Positions 1 through 11,915 of a DNA stretch of 64,000 bases are shown in pieces. Source of the stretch: Octopus bimaculoides (taxonomy: Eukaryota). The translations under genes were made by a program, and so were the position numbers. Where the stretch lies: positions 12,153,919-12,217,918 of the forward strand of contig NC_068989.1 in NCBI RefSeq assembly GCF_001194135.2. Direction: 5' to 3'. Position 1 is the stretch's first letter. Each line of letters begins with the position of its first letter. Under the pieces are notes generated by a model. That model was not told the DNA's origin and made no database searches. It worked only from the letters and a program-made list of their open reading frames with translations.

Positions 1-199
1 GCTAACTATTTTAGTATTTTCATAATTTCTGTTGCTGGTTCTACTTTTTGCCTGCGATTTTCATCTATTGGTTTGTATTTGTTGGTTCCTTCATGACAGG
101 AAACAGATTGTTTTTTTTCTTTTTTGCTTTGTTCGTGTTTTGTAGCTTTTCCCATTAGATTTGTATTGATCTACCGTAGATATTTGTTCGGTTGTATAA

Positions 200-720
200 A
201 ACGACAACACCCAGGAATTAATAGTAAATATAATTTCTGTGCCAGATTTTGCGTATTCGAGCTGAGGTCTATACTTTTATGTTTAGTCTCGTTAGTTCAT
301 TTAGCGTTCATTTGAGAATAGTATGACTATAAATTATTTCTGAGGCAGCTACAGTATTGATGCATATTACCTTATTTTCTGCATTTAGCTCTGTTTGAAG
401 TATTAATTCAGTTGGTCTGTAATATTCTGTTCTATTTTTTCTTTCATTTGTATGTGTTGTACTTTGTCTACTTCATTGATTGTTAAGTGTTTGTCTTTGT
501 TCCCCGTAGTTCTCTTGTTGTTTCTTCATCCAGCATGTTATTAGTGCTCCGAATTGATTTTCCTTTCTTATCATGTAGCATTTTTCTCTTCCGAATCTCA
601 TATATATTCTTTTAGGTAGTCCACCTGTTGCCTGAAATGATATTTGTAATTGTTTTATCATCTGCATTTATAACATAAGGTTGTCCATGAGAAAAGGATA
701 GTTTATTGTTCTGCTACAGC
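200..720 (-). pseudogene. Degenerate reverse-transcriptase fragment of an R4/Dong-like non-LTR retrotransposon
   Basis: Manual minus-strand translation across stops and frameshifts gives INYPFLMDNLML (resembles INHLLYMDDLKL, the YxDD motif), MRFGREKC (resembles MEFGLEKC), INEVDKVQHIQMKEKI and EYYRPTELILQTELNAENKVICINTVA..Y....*TLNEL. These match, in order, the RT palm-thumb region of RLE-type LINEs. Confidence 0.75.
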
Positions 721-1340
721 TCTTGTATCTGGGAGCAGTTCTGTTTAGGAAATTGTTTGAAGGCGTTAGCACGAAGCAGAAAAGGAGTGCAGAGAGGAAA
801 TCCCGTTATTTTTTTCTTTTCTCCAGAGGCAATTAAAATTAAATCATATATTCCTTACTTGAAGGTATCTGAAAAATTGTTTCCTGTTTACTCGTGTATT
901 ATAGACATGAAGCTATTAAAGAGAGAGAGACAGAGAGTGAGAGGGGGAGGGAGAAAGGGTGTGTAAAATGAAGTAGTGCACTTTATTGTTTTGGTGCGTA
1001 ATTGTCCAATGTTTGGTTTGAAATAATGAAAATGAAGGACCCATAATGCACGATGCAGTTCAAAGTCCTTTTGTAAGACCTAGTAAATGGTGGCGAGTAT
1101 AGAATGCTAATGACTTGGTGTTGAGAAAACATCAATGTGTGTAAATATTATAACGAGTTGCTGAGCAAGGGTTAACGGCATAAATGTAAACAAAGAGATA
1201 AATGAGAGAGTTGGAATGTTTCATAATTAAATTTGATGAGGGAAGCAGAAAGATTTTGATTCCGTTTGTAAATAACTACCGACTGATTCGTTCTGTCACG
1301 TGATGGTATAATATTCTCTGCTTTAATATACATTTGATAT

Positions 1341-1577
1341 AAGGCCCTGAGTTGGCAGAAGCGTTAGCACGCCGGGTAAAATGCTTAGCGGTATTTCGCC
1401 TGTCTTTACGTTCTGAGTACAAATTCCGTCGAGATCGACTTTGCCATTGATCCTTTCGGGATCCATAGATTAAGTACCAGTTACGCACTGGGATCGATCT
1501 AATCGACTCAATCCCTTTGTCTGTCCTTGTTTGTCCCCTCTATGTTTAGCCTCTTGTGGGCAATAAAGAAATAAGAA
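1341..1577 (+). mobile_element. SINE family A (tRNA-derived head), long-tail variant
   Basis: Head GGC.....GTTGGCAGAAGCGTTAGCAC (A-box-like) and GAGTACAAATTCC (B-box-like). Body and AATAAAGAAATAAGAA tail are shared with 14181-14408. Confidence 0.85.
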
Positions 1578-1720
1578 ACATTAGTACGCTGGCCGGAGGT
1601 CGACTTCGCCTTTCATCTTTTCCGAAGTCAATAAATTAAGTACCAGTTTCGTACTGGGTCGATCCAATCGACTGCGCCCCCCCCCCACAAATTTCGGGTC
1701 TTGTGCCTAGAATAGAAAAG
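1578..1720 (+). mobile_element. SINE family A, internally deleted copy, short-tail variant
   Basis: ACATTAGTACGCTGG joined directly to GAGGTCGACTTCGCCTTTCATC; tail AAATTTCGGGTCTTGTGCCTAGAATAGAAAAG. Confidence 0.75.
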
Positions 1721-1736
1721 AATATACATTTGATAT

Positions 1737-1944
1737 AAGGCGCTGAGCTGGCAGAAACGTTAGCATGCTGGGCAAAGTGCTTAGCGGTATTTCGTCTGTC
1801 TTTATGTTCTGAAATCTACCGAGGTCGACTTTGCTTTTCATCCTTTCGCAGTCTATAAATTAAGTACCAGTTGCGTACTGGGGTCGATCCAATTGGCTGG
1901 CCTCCTCACCTAAAATTTCGGGTCTTGTGCCTAGTGTAGAAAAG
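1737..1944 (+). mobile_element. SINE family A, short-tail variant
   Basis: AAGGCGCTGAGCTGGCAGAAACGTTAGC head. Flanked by direct repeat AATATACATT (1721-1730 and 1945-1954). Confidence 0.85.
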
Positions 1945-2392
1945 AATATACATTATATATACATTTATCGAAACGACAGCACCGACGAAAATCATAACAA
2001 CAGGCTTTTACAGTGGTGACAAGGTGGCTACATTCGTGCATGCCAGTGGACATCAGCATCTTTAATATTTTCGGTCTAAAAATAATTTTGATAATATAAA
2101 TAAGTATTTTAAACTTAAAAATTTACCTTAGATTCACTATAGGAAAATAAAAACCATAATGCGAAAATAATGAAAATCTCACATATATGAAACCAGATCA
2201 GGTTTTTCAAAGTAAATTTTAAAATAATATTGGTGAAATATTTCTCGCCTACAATCAAAAATTGAAATTTGAAACTCTGCGGCTCCGTATCGAAAATCGA
2301 AATCTGCAGCATTAGATGCCGACAGTTTCAAGGAAAATAAGGACATCCAAGTTACAACTATTTAAGGGTAAAAGGAACATCGTAATATCATC

Positions 2393-2560
2393 TATTCTTT
2401 TATTCTTTCACTTGTTTGAGTCATTTTGACTGTGTGGCCATGCTGGAGCACCATCGTTTAGTCGAAGAAAAGCTACCCCTGGACTTACTCTTTGTAAGCC
2501 TGGTATTTATTATATCGGTGTCTTTTGCCGAACCACTAGGTTACGGGGACGTAAACACAC
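2393..2560 (-). mobile_element. SINE family B, 3' half
   Basis: Reverse complement of the 3' part of the intact copy at 27821-28233 (GCCATGCTGGAGCACC, GTTACGGGGACGTAAACAC). Confidence 0.8.
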
Positions 2561-4762
2561 AGAAATAAAATGAATCAGTTGTTGTCTTCTCATCTCCGTT
2601 GCCGCTTACCAGACTCTCTTGTTTTGCTTTTTAATCTATTCTAGGCAGATATCTCTCTCGTGACTTTCACTATATCTCTTGTAACAACTTGATTTTTTTG
2701 CCCTGCGCTTTCAATTTGATTTACCTCCGCTTTGTTAGTGTTTTAGGATATAATTTTTTGGATAGCTATGTAGTCTTCGAGACCGTCGAGTACCATGTTA
2801 TTCCTGATCACAGTCTAGCTAACATTCTGTCCGTATTGCTGTCGAAAGCTGATCTCGGGCCCAGGATCTGCACTACCGCCAATATTTTGAATTACTCCTG
2901 CCTGCCTATTCATCTCGTGCTCAGGTCTAAAGAACGCGCACTCGCTTCCAAATACGCTACGCCAGTCGAAACGCAACACGTCACCTAGTGTCACAGTAAT
3001 TCTACTTTCAAGGGCAAATAAATAACATCCTGTTTCTTTATTCGCTTAGCAGATATACGCCAATATGTCGCTTTTCGTCATGACTCTTTTCCGAATAAAA
3101 CCTTCGGACAACGAATTACTCACTTTTGTGACATTCTTCTTCAAAACATCTCTTTTTACAAAAACGTGGCTCATAATCACACTTCTATTTCATTTACAAC
3201 ATTGAAAAGATGTGTTATTTGCGACCCTTTTAAATTTGTTACAGCCATTGATGATGTTTGTTTTTATACATTTAAACTTCTTACTTTTCTCATTCACATC
3301 CCGCTGTAAATGTTTGCTTGAAACTGTGTCTAACTATCAAGTCTATAGGCCGCTCGTTTAATTGGAAAATTATTGCATAAAGGCAAGTATCGAAACCATT
3401 TCTAGCTTCTGCTTCACCTTCGTTATCTGCACCTGGTTATTTCGATGCGAAATAAACAGACGTTTGTAGAAATAAATAAAGATGGATGCACCGTCAATTT
3501 TGCCGATAACCTTTCATTTATTCAGGGAAATGATTGGCCTACTCTTTTAATTGACGTTTAAAACGATGAGTAATTCACATATATATGTATGTATTCTTAA
3601 AATCTTAAAATGAATTGTCAGACCCAGTTCTGTGAGTAAGCTGGACATTATTAATCCCGGCACAATCCATCGGAGGTGCTTTTTTATATGGTACTTGTTC
3701 GAACAAATTCCCCACGCAAGACTGGAAATTGACGTGAGCTAAAGATGTCACAAATTGGGATAGATCTCAGTACCCCATAATGTCTATAGGAACTTCTTAA
3801 CCATTTAGCTATGTTTATTTGAGTCCTCCGAAATATATAACACAATTGAAATCTCTAAGGACAAGCCATTCTCCACGTAAGGAAATGGGGTGGAACGTTA
3901 AATATTCCGAGAGCCTTTTGTTAGAATTCAATGAAAAGCAGGAACGACAAAAGACAAAAAAAAAAAAAAGAAAAAGAAAAAAAAGAAAGGAAAAGAAAAA
4001 TTCATTAGATAATTCGGTTAAAAATTATTATTTTTTTTACGAGAACTCTGAGACGGAGGTTCGTTCGCTCGAAATTNNNNNNNNNNGAGAACTCTGAGAC
4101 GGAGGTTCGTTCGCTCGAAATTCAATAAATATTAAAAAATAAACCAATAATAATAATAATAATAATAATGATGATGTATCGTTGTTGTTGTTGTTGTTGT
4201 ACTATTCATCATCATCATTTTATTACAGGGTGCTCTTTTGTGCGAATTTCTATGTAGCCATAAGTAGAATATCGAATATAATGCTACATTACAATAAAGA
4301 GCGTCTCTACCTGTGGACGCAATCGGGTATTGCTGTATTTTGGCAGACAGAACCTTTGTACTTCATTAAACAAATAGAAACAAGAATAATCAATATAAGT
4401 CCGACATTTCGTTCTTTCATGACCGAATTTGAAGGCAAAAAGAGACAGAACAGAACAGAGAGGGAAAGAGATATCGAGAGAGTGTGAGAGAGATATCGAG
4501 AGAAAGAGAGAGGAAGAGACAGGTAGAGGGTGTTCATATGGTCTTTGTTGTTACTTTTATTAATTTCTTTTTTTTTTGTATTTTATTGCCTTTTTTGTTT
4601 TCGGTTACGAAATTCCTTTATGATATTGTGTTATGGTCGTATTCGGTTTTATAAATTCTTTGTAATTTCATTTCATGTTTATAGTTTCCCTATCATATTC
4701 TAGCAATAAGTGTTTACGTTGAGACTAACTATTAATATGATTGTTTTTCCTTTTGTTCTCCA

Positions 4763-4841
<79 letters not shown>
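4763..4841. repeat. (ATT)n microsatellite; tail or target of the adjacent R4/Dong 3' end
   Basis: Pure trinucleotide run. Confidence 0.95.
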
Positions 4842-4842
<1 letters not shown>

Positions 4843-5130
4843 GGTTGTCATTTTATCAATGCCTCTTTCTGTGCACTGCCAAGTGTGTCTCTTGGGACTT
4901 TGCTATGTGCAGTGTTTCGGTTCGATTTTGTATTTTTCTATTGAATTGACTCGACTCTACAATATATGTGCGCGGTGCCTACTAGTGCTAATTTTCGTAT
5001 ATTGTGTAAGGTATCTATCAGCATGCTTTTAATCTTTCAATCATTCCCATGGTACTGTTATTACGAGGATTGGTTGTCCTTGCAGACCTCAAGCTCTCGT
5101 TTCTCTTTATTCCCAGATAACATCTCTGAT
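4842..5130 (-). mobile_element. 3' end (RLE C-terminus plus 3' UTR) of an R4/Dong-like LINE
   Basis: Minus-strand translation LHNIRKLALVGTAHIYCRVESIQ* (stop at 4938-4940) resembles the IQK.ALLGTAHILR..L* terminus of RLE LINEs. About 95 nt of UTR follows, then (TAA)n. Confidence 0.7.
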
Positions 5131-5211
5131 TATCATTATTACCACCTAAACGAGTATCAGTAGCAACAGAGTGTAACATATTTCACAAGGAAATGGAATA
5201 TTTAGTCAAAT

Positions 5212-5383
5212 ATAGGGGCAGGTATGGGTGTGTCGCAAGCAGTTTGCTTCCAAAGCACACGGTTCCAGGTTCAATCCCAGACCGTGGCATCTTGGACAAG
5301 TGTCTTTTACTATAGCCTCGGGTTGACCAAAGCCTTTCGTGTGGACTTCATAGACGGAAACTGAAAGAAGCCCATTAAGTCTA

Positions 5384-5434
<51 letters not shown>

Positions 5435-5508
5435 GTCCGTCCGTCCGTCCGTCTGTCTGTCTGTCTGTCTATCTTTCTGTCTGTCTATCTGTCTGCCTGT
5501 CTGTCTGT

Positions 5509-5558
<50 letters not shown>

Positions 5559-5581
5559 GTCTGTCTGTCTGTCTGTCTGCC

Positions 5582-5647
<66 letters not shown>

Positions 5648-5886
5648 TCTGTTTGCCTGTCTGTCTGTCTATGTGAGTATGTGTCTCTGCGTATCTGTTT
5701 GTCCCTCACCACCGCTTGGCGACAGGTGTTGGTGTGTTTACGTCCACGTAACTCATTTCGGCAAAAGAGAACGACAGAATAAATACCAAGTTTTACAGAA
5801 GAAGAAATACTGGGGTTATTAAGTTCGACTAAAATTCTTCAAGGCGATGCTCCAGTAAGGCTGCAGTTCAATGAGAAATAGAAGAT
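5212..5886 (+). mobile_element. SINE family B (CORE-like) with expanded internal tetranucleotide microsatellite
   Basis: Head GGTTCAATCCC B-box; CTTGGACAAGTGTCTT CORE-like segment; internal (TCTA)/(TCTG) array about 5380-5670; family-B 3' half follows. Confidence 0.85.
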
Positions 5887-5986
5887 AACGATACATTTCC
5901 ATTACATAAGACATGGGATTTATACTTTGACTTGGAACAATGCCCGATTGTAAGATTCCTTAATAACAATGCCCATTTTAATTATA

Positions 5987-6540
5987 CAGGGCGCGGACGG
6001 TATTTAAGGACTCGTATTTTTAGCCATTATTTTATTTGACTAATTTTTATTGAACTTCTATTTCAGAAAATAACATTGACTAGCTCAATGTTTACTAATG
6101 AAATGAAAAGACATGCTGTGATTGTGGCTTTGAAGGTTATGCATGGTGATTTAGAAATGTCTTGCTTTCTTAAAGCTGCTTGATCTTTTGCCCTCAAGAT
6201 TCGGTGTGAGTTAGAGAAAAGAAATGAAAGCGTATTACCTGTATGAAAATGTAAAACGTTCCAAATGCTTTGATTCTAACAGGACACCTGGATTTGTTCA
6301 GGAAGTTAAGCAAAACGTTGAAGACAATGCGCGAAAAACAATGAGGTTATCTGCACGAAACATTCGGGGGACAGAAAAAAAAAACAATCAGAAATGTTGT
6401 GCATGAAGACATCAGATACAAATCTTTGATGAGGAGAGGTCAATTCATGTCAGAAAAAAAACAAACAAAAGAAAACCGTTTAATCAGATCCAAAAGACTT
6501 TTGAACAAACTTAAAAGTCCGACAGAAGATGGTATGTACA
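5987..6540 (+). pseudogene. 5' part of a Tc1/mariner-superfamily transposon with decayed transposase N-terminus
   Basis: TA|CAGGGCGCGG terminus. ATG at 6103 gives MKRHAVIVALK..., then RTPGFVQEVKQNVEDNARKTMR and VHEDIRYKS.MRRGQFMSEK..KENRLIRSKRLLNKLK (HTH and linker region). Truncated before the DDD/E domain. Confidence 0.7.
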
Positions 6541-6789
6541 GTAGATTCGAATTCATCAGTCATAAGATGCTCATCAAAATCATATCTCTTTCAGTCATTT
6601 CGTGACATTTAACGGTCGATATTACTATTCTATTAGAGGTGAAATCAATTTTGTCAAGGGCGTGCGATTGGGCAATGATTTCAAACACTATCGGCAATGA
6701 TCAGGTGGAACTTCGCCATCACCGCCGCCATCATCGTTTTCTGTGTCATAATCATGATTATCGTCTGGCTATCATTGTCGCTGTCGTCG

Positions 6790-6821
6790 TCATCATCATC
6801 ATCATCATCATCATCATCACC

Positions 6822-6855
<34 letters not shown>

Positions 6856-7140
6856 TTATCACCACCATCACTACCACCACCATCATCATCATCATCATCG
6901 TCATCGTCATCTTCTTCTTCTTCTTCTTCTTCTTCTTCTTTTTCTTCTTCTTTTCCTTCTTTTTCTTCTTCTTCTTCTTTTGCTTCTTCTTCCTCACTTT
7001 TCTTTTCCTCCTCCTCCTCCTCCTCCTCACCATCATCATCATCTTCATCATCGTCATCGTCATCATCACCATCGTCATCTTCTTCTTCGCATTGTTGCTG
7101 TTTACCACTTCTACTTCTTCTTCCTCCTCTTCCTCCTCCC
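6790..7140. repeat. Compound trinucleotide microsatellite (CAT/CAC/CTT/CCT)
   Basis: Direct inspection. Explains ORFs 6639, 6697, 6758 and 6980. Confidence 0.95.
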
Positions 7141-7415
7141 GCTTTGCATTAACGTCGTAAATTATAGGATTTCTGTGGCATCGTCCTATCATTATGTCTT
7201 ACAAAGCTAATGATACCACGAGCCACTACAGCTCACAGAAATAATGTTGCCTCCAGGGTCTCCACGCTCATCCGCCCTCAAAGTACAAACTGTTAATCAT
7301 ATTAGCTGAATCTTTTAGTAACGTTCAGATTCCAGACCATGATGCACTAGTACAATAATAGTTACCCGTCTAATGATGAGAAAATCTATATCCTGCCAAC
7401 GTTATCTAAGTAATG

Positions 7416-7416
<1 letters not shown>

Positions 7417-7466
<50 letters not shown>
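7417..7466. repeat. (TAA)n microsatellite
   Basis: Pure run. Confidence 0.95.
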
Positions 7467-7469
<3 letters not shown>

Positions 7470-8024
7470 GCCCGGATGCAGTACCAGGTAGTGTCTCTCA
7501 TGGCTTCTGATCTTAATTGATTGGAAGTGTTATCATGTACATTGTTTTGTCTTGGTATAAAAGATGGACTACAGCAAATATTCTGCTTAATACTACAGAT
7601 TTGCTAGTCAGTTGTTTGACCTTAACCATTTGAGCATGTCCCTTAGTGGCTGACGATATGTGCATCTCTGATCATGAGCAGAAGTAGTGGGGCAGCATCA
7701 TAGCCATGTGTTGAGAGGAGTTCTTTGGGGTTTGAATAATTCACCTTTGGAAACATGGGTGTTTTGCTCAACATTCTTAAACAAACCTTATTCAGGGACC
7801 TTTTGAGCGGGATGGGCTACTCGGCCTGAGGAAAATTCTAACTGGACCCCCACCTGCAAGGTCATGCGCTGTTTATCTTGATATGAGATCACCATATCAC
7901 GCACATATGGTTGTGATGCATGTGTTTGGTGTACCCTTATTAGACTGGTAGTCATGATGGGTATAATGGGCTTCGCATATTTTACGCCAGTGTCACTTTG
8001 ATGGCATGCACTGCTCTCTCACTC
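7467..8024. mobile_element. About 560-bp non-coding interspersed element embedded between two (TAA)n arrays
   Basis: Complex sequence, more GC-rich than its flanks, with sharp boundaries against (TAA)n on both sides and no ORF. Probably a non-autonomous TAA-targeting retroelement (inference). Confidence 0.5.
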
Positions 8025-8039
8025 AATAATAATAATAAC

Positions 8040-8111
<72 letters not shown>

Positions 8112-8123
8112 TAATAATAATAA
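8025..8123. repeat. (TAA)n microsatellite
   Basis: Near-pure run. Confidence 0.95.
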
Positions 8124-8430
8124 GTATGAATTAGCCCGGCCATGGAAAATGAAGGTGAAGATGGTGCCAATTACTGATGGGTCTTTGGGAACAGTATCAG
8201 AAGGCATCAAGAAGAATTTAAGGGGAATTTGGAATTGAGTGCCCAGTAAAACTGCTTCAAAAGACTTGCCTTCTTGGCACGGGCAGAATAACCAGGTAAG
8301 TATTAGATAACTGAAAAGAGCGAATAGCATGGAACCGTAGGCTGCAGGTAGTAGAAGTTCCACCGACCGCATTTCTTGACTGGTAGAAGACGATGAGCGC
8401 CCCACGACATCCCAGGTTCCAGGGTCCCTA
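8122..8430 (+). mobile_element. 5'-truncated R4/Dong-like LINE 3' end (RLE C-terminus plus UTR)
   Basis: Translation KYELARPWKMKVKMVPITDGSLGTVSEGIKKNL / EFGIECPVKLLQKTCLLGTGRITR*VLDN*, a typical RLE-domain end (KY....W..VVP...G.LG...LQK..LLGT.RI.R.VL). Begins directly after (TAA)n. Confidence 0.8.
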
Positions 8431-8439
8431 ATTTAGGAA

Positions 8440-8632
8440 TAGGGCTAGCAATTTTGAGGGGAGGGTGTTTGTCGATACCATGGACCCAATATTTGAATGT
8501 TATTATTTTCTCTTATCAACCCCAGATGGATGACATGCAAGTTGACTTCGGTAGGATTTGAAATTAAAACGTTAAGTTTCCAAATGAATTGCCACAAAAT
8601 ATTTTGTCCGACACTCTAAAGAGTCTGTCAAA
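8440..8632 (-). mobile_element. SINE family A, old degenerate copy
   Basis: GCTAGCAATTTTGAGGGGAGGG tail and GTTGACTTCGGTAGGATTTGAAATT body on the reverse strand. Confidence 0.55.
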
Positions 8633-8649
8633 CTAACGATACACGAACA

Positions 8650-9047
8650 TTGACAACAACAGCAACGGCAACAACAATAACAACAACAATAATAGCTTTA
8701 AGAACGAAAACAATAATGATAATAGAAGTAATCACATATAACTGAATAACAATATACATTTAATGTCACATTGTTAACTTGTATATCAGCGTAAAAGCAC
8801 GTACATCATGATAACAAAAGTGTCCATCTGACAATAACATATTTTCTATAGCAATATTGTTTATTATTTTCAGTATCAGAATCTTGATATTTCGGCCACA
8901 GGATTTTAAGTTCTGAATGTAATGTAAGACGCTTAGAAACAGCACCAGCATCAGCACCACCACCGCCACCACCACCACACCACCACCATCACCACCACGA
9001 CCGTCGCCACGGCCGCCGCCGGCACCATCACCACCACCACCGCCACC

Positions 9048-9079
<32 letters not shown>

Positions 9080-9507
9080 CAACTACAGCAAGAACAACAA
9101 CAACTACTACTACTACTACTACTNNNNNNNNNNNNNNNNNNNNNNNNNNNNNNNNNNNNNNNNNNNNNNNNNNNNNNNNNNNNNNNNNNNNNNNNNNNNN
9201 NNNNNNNNNNNNNNNNNNNNNNNNNNNNNNNNNNNNNNNNNNNNNNNNNNNNNNNNNNNNNNNNNNNNNNNNNNNNNNNNNNNNNNNNNNNNNNNNNNNN
9301 NNNNNNNNNNNNNNNNNNNNNNNNNNNNNNNNNNNNNNNNNNNNNNNNNNNNNNNNNNNNNNNNNNNNNNNNNNNNNNNNNNNNNNNNNNNNNNNNNNNN
9401 NAAGAAGAAGAAGAAGAAGAAGAAGAAGAAGAAGAAGAAGAAGAAGAAGGAGAAGAAAAAGAAGAAGAAGAAGAAGAAGAAGAAGAAGAAGAAGAAGAAG
9501 AAGAAAG
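8650..9507. repeat. Compound trinucleotide microsatellites (CAA, CAC, CTA, GAA) spanning an N gap
   Basis: Direct inspection. Explains ORF 8766-9545. Confidence 0.9.
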
Positions 9508-10525
9508 ATAATTTTGGCTAAATTTCTAAAGCTGTGACTCGACAATATGACAAGAATGCAGATATTTCTATGCAGATTTCCAGTGACCCTCCGCGCTCGG
9601 TGTTCAAATCCTACAGAGCCAGCTCAATTGTGTTTCGCATCCATTCGGGAATCGATAAAGTAGAAGTTTAGAATTACGTTATTTCGCTTTTCACATTTTT
9701 GGACGAAATTAGTAATGCTTAGATAAGGAACTTACGGTGTATATACCACGGCAAACTCTACAATTTTGATGCGAAGCCATTATAACGTTTATGGTGGAAT
9801 CATTTAATAATCGTATGGAATATAAACTTCAGAATTTAGACCATTTGAAAACGTCTCAGTGGATTTCAGACGAACATAAATTAAATATGTGATGATCCTG
9901 AAGACATTTATTATTCCTTATTTTGTCTTTCATGTTCCTATCTTCACAAATCTATTGAAATGATTCTTGAAGATAAACATCATGTGAGAAGTTAAACTTA
10001 AGAAATGTAGAAGTCTTTATCGATGAAATGTCGGAAAATGAATAGATATCTACTTCCGGCATATTGTTATTATATTTTTGATGTTCATGGAATATTAATT
10101 CTATGTAACCATTTACAAATACGCAGATTTCAGAATGGACCAGCTCTTATCCCATCCTTGGCATTATTCTGTATATGCAGCCCCCAAAAGCATTATTCTG
10201 CTGCTTGGCTACATAGTTGTAGATACGTCTTGGAGCATAGTTGAACGTTTAGGCACATCTGTAAATAGAAGAGTGTTTCGCTGATTAACTGTGTTGTATT
10301 ACGTTCATTTTATGAGACTCGCAATAAAATAGGTTTTGGCCATACAGTCGTACGAGTTTGCGCATATTTAGTATAACAATAACAGTACTACCATGGTCAC
10401 AGTATATAAGTAGAAAGCATATTTTATTTCACTAGTTAACACTTTCCCAGTTGAATGCGTAATAAGTCGTTTAGAAGAGTTGTAGCATATGTCCACTATG
10501 GGTTTAACTTGATATACTTATCATA

Positions 10526-10706
10526 TTTATTTACTTGTTTCAGTAATTTGACTGCGGCCTTACTGCTGCACTGCCTTTAGTCGAACAAATCGACCCCCAG
10601 TACTTATTCTTTGTAAGCCTAGAACTTATTCTATCGGACCCTTTTGCTGAACTGCTAAGTTACGCGGACGTAAACACCAGAATGAGTTGTCAAGCGGTGG
10701 TTGGGG

Positions 10707-10739
<33 letters not shown>

Positions 10740-10855
10740 NNNNNNNNNNNNNNNNNNNNNNNNNNNNNNNNNNNNNNNNNNNNNNNNNNNNNNNNNNNNN
10801 NNNNNNNNNNNNNNNNNNNNNNNNNNNNNNNNNNNNNNNNNNNNNNNNNNNNNNN

Positions 10856-10889
<34 letters not shown>

Positions 10890-11059
10890 GGGTGGCTTTT
10901 TTCACTTTCCGTCTACCAAATCCACTCACAAGGCTTTGGTCGGCCCAAGGCTATAGTAGAAGTCATTTGCCCAAGGTGCCACACACTGCTGTGGAACTGA
11001 ACCCGTGGACATGTGGTCGGGAAGCAAGCTTCTTACCAAACAGTCACGCCTGCGCCTAT
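10526..11059 (-). mobile_element. SINE family B with internal (CA)/(TA) microsatellite and gap
   Basis: Both halves match the reverse complement of 27821-28233. Confidence 0.85.
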
Positions 11060-11763
11060 GGAAAGCTGTATTAAATTTCTGTTTTATGGAAACCTTTAGG
11101 AAGTGGAGACATATACAAGTTAACATTAGCATGTGTGGTCATTGAATCGGACACATTTAATTTACCTCATCAAACAAGATAAATAGGAATCTGATATTTC
11201 ACAAAATTTAAAGAGCCATTGAAATGGAGGAATTTGTAAATAACATTTTATATCCTTTCATATCCCTACACTTCGGTTGATCGAATTTCAGCGTCAAGCA
11301 TTAAAATCACTATACCTGGGAGAAATTACAATTATTTGATGCAGGAAAACCACTATTAGTTATTTAATATAGTGGTGATTCGTAAGATGTAGCGTAAATC
11401 TTTAGAATAGGCACCAACGAGTATTCCAACTTCAATGGCAGATATCAACGCACAGCTGATAAATACAAGAAGGGAATGGCAAATTAGATGCATTCTGATT
11501 TGCTTAAAACTGAATGCTGGTAATTTAGATATTTGAAAAGAGAAAATATCCAACAATAGACATGTAATCATCAGATTTACATAATATCATGTAATACAGA
11601 TCGAAGAATTAACGGATTACTTCTAGAGTTATTACAAACAACTGTAGGGTGTACGGGGTAAAGCTAATTTAGCTGGTCATAGATGAAAAACAACCTCACG
11701 TAATGTCAGCATGCTCCAAGTTTTTGAACTTTATCATTTCTCGTTTACATTTATAAAGATATG

Positions 11764-11915
11764 GACACCATAATCGTAGCAAAACACAGCAAAATAGAGC
11801 AAAACATAGCAAAACGTATCTGACACCATGAACATAGCAAAATATAGCAAAGCGTATCTGACACCATGAACATAGCAAAACAGAGCAAAACATAGCTGAC
11901 ACCATGAACATAGCA
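11764..11915. repeat. Two-level minisatellite (10-bp CATAGCAAAA nested in about 38-bp GACACCATGAACATAGCAAAA units)
   Basis: GACACCAT recurs at 11764, 11822, 11860 and 11898. Confidence 0.85.

Noticed and set aside
2600-2900. Minus-strand RSAFDSNTDRMLARL*SGI resembling RT motif KAFD
   Set aside because: Single weak motif with many stops; downstream QG and YxDD motifs not found.
4060-4121. 36-bp direct repeat GAGAACTCTGAGACGGAGGTTCGTTCGCTCGAAATT on both sides of a 10-N gap
   Set aside because: Typical unmerged contig overlap; assembly artefact rather than a biological duplication.
6639-9545. Long ORFs rich in poly-I/S/L/V/K
   Set aside because: Translations of trinucleotide microsatellites and N runs; the same applies to all YI/CV/HT-repeat and X-filled ORFs in the track.
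11764-11915. Repeat-spacer-like periodicity suggestive of CRISPR
   Set aside because: Spacers are themselves copies of the 10-bp unit; eukaryotic context; no cas genes.
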